DNA from: an uncultured delta proteobacterium
GTDB lineage: Bacteria; Desulfobacterota; Desulfomonilia; Desulfomonilales; Desulfomonilaceae
NCBI GenBank assembly: GCA_963789265.1
Contig: CAWBKB010000003.1
Span: 416,001-480,000 of the forward strand
DNA: 64,000 nucleotides
Direction of reading: 5' to 3'
Shown: positions 62,908-64,000 of the stretch, in pieces
Numbering within the stretch: position 1 is the first letter of the stretch
Layout of the letters: each line of letters begins with the position of its first letter
Notes under the pieces: generated by a model
What the model saw: only the letters and a program-made list of their open reading frames with translations
Told to the model about the DNA's origin: nothing
The model's database searches: none
Position numbers and translations under genes: made by a program

Positions 62908-63400
62908 GATGTCTCCTTTGATTCAACTCAGACAAGTTCAGCAAGATAATATCAGAAAAAACCCTCTTTTGTCAATAAATTGGGATGATAAAATAAGGTA
63001 TCTTCAAAAGTGGATCAGGGCCATTTTACATTCACATTACATTGCGGATTCAGGGATCATATATAATCGGCTCAAGATCGATGGGAAACGATATGAACGA
63101 CAAATTTCTAGATATGATGTCGAATAATTTGGGACCACGGCTCATCATTTCTAAACTGCTTGCCCTGAAGGAAAAGTCGCGGTCCAAATCGTTCCGTTTC
63201 CTGTTTCGCTCTATGACAGAGTAGATGGGTCTTTCACTGGCCGGCTCCTCATACTAGGAGAAGCGCCGGAAGATTTGAGAGCTTAGTCTCATTGGTTTTC
63301 GAGTATCCGAGTATCTCATCTACACCATCGTGAAATTGTTGGAAGTAATATAGTTGGGAGTTGAGATAATCACTCGATTCTTGCGTGCCTTTCGTTTTTT

Positions 63401-64000
63401 GTAATCGTTCACCGGGAGAGGTTCACGAGTGAAGGATGATCGAGCCCTTCCCGATGTGCTCTGATTGATTGAACGAGGAAGTCGAACGTATTCTTTCGTT
63501 GCACGATGCAGGTCCGAGTGACGGTCAGGAGTCGAGCGGTGAGCAGCTCGCCTTTTTCAAACTGATTCCCGAAGCAGATTTTCCTCCACTGGACCGCAGG
63601 CCGGTTTCCTCGCTCGGCGGAGTTGTTGGTGGGTTCCACTCCCTGATGATCCAGGAAGGTGAACAGGTGGTGCCAATGTTTGAGAAGCCCCCTGGCAGCA
63701 CGTGCCACATCGGGATCGGTGGACAATTCGTAGGCTTGGAGGCATCGGTTCATGCGCGCCCTAATGGGAACTGACTTCTTGACAAGCGTCTGCCTGTCCA
63801 CACGCCCGTCTTTGAAGGCGTGCCAGAACGCGAACATGCGCCCGATCTCCGAAAGCATCCATCGTGCGAACCGTACGCCGTCGGGACTGCGGCAGGCATG
63901 TTTGAGACCTCTAAGGGTCCTGATGATGTGCGCCCAGCAAATCTGTCTGCCCCCCGTGTGGTATGCGTTGTAGGCCGAGAACATATCCGAACAGATGATC
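63401..64000 (-). mobile_element. IS66-family element: 3' part of the transposase and its terminal inverted repeat (runs off the window)
   Basis: QICWAH..R, LFTFL...GVEPTNN.AER..RP.V..RKI.FG motifs; end GTAATCGTTCACC at 63401 overlaps the stop codon at 63409. Confidence 0.93.

Overview
Ordinary bacterial chromosome with several accessory patches. The gene content suggests an anaerobic deltaproteobacterium such as a Desulfomonile-like Desulfobacterota; this is an inference and taxonomy cannot be confirmed here. Housekeeping genes include eno, recN, nadK, rarA, meaB, rdgB, phoH-pgpH-ybeY, mazG, trpF, era, tRNA-Pro(UGG) and tRNA-Ser(GGA). There is a surface-polysaccharide cluster (two UDP-GlcNAc 2-epimerases, a flippase, a CapK-like ligase, glycosyltransferases), toxin-antitoxin remnants, and a six-gene, closely packed defence operon (type I R-M hsdM-hsdS with DarT-DarG inserted before hsdR, then an M48/YgjP gene). 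An IS66 transposase sits at the right edge. Features the ORF track misses: (1) a UGA-recoded UxxC thioredoxin-fold selenoprotein with a SECIS-like hairpin; (2) two small membrane proteins with twin CX3C motifs flanking a Cache-domain gene; (3) a 239-bp MITE whose end matches the IS66 end in this window; (4) a four-gene hydrolase cluster with an NlpC/P60-like protein and paralogous Ser- and Cys-nucleophile alpha/beta hydrolases; (5) a penicillin-acylase homologue lacking its catalytic motif; (6) a candidate pseudoknotted leader RNA before a GH57 gene. About ten small frameshifts, mostly in short homopolymers and including conserved genes, most likely reflect assembly indel errors. No CRISPR array or rRNA was seen.
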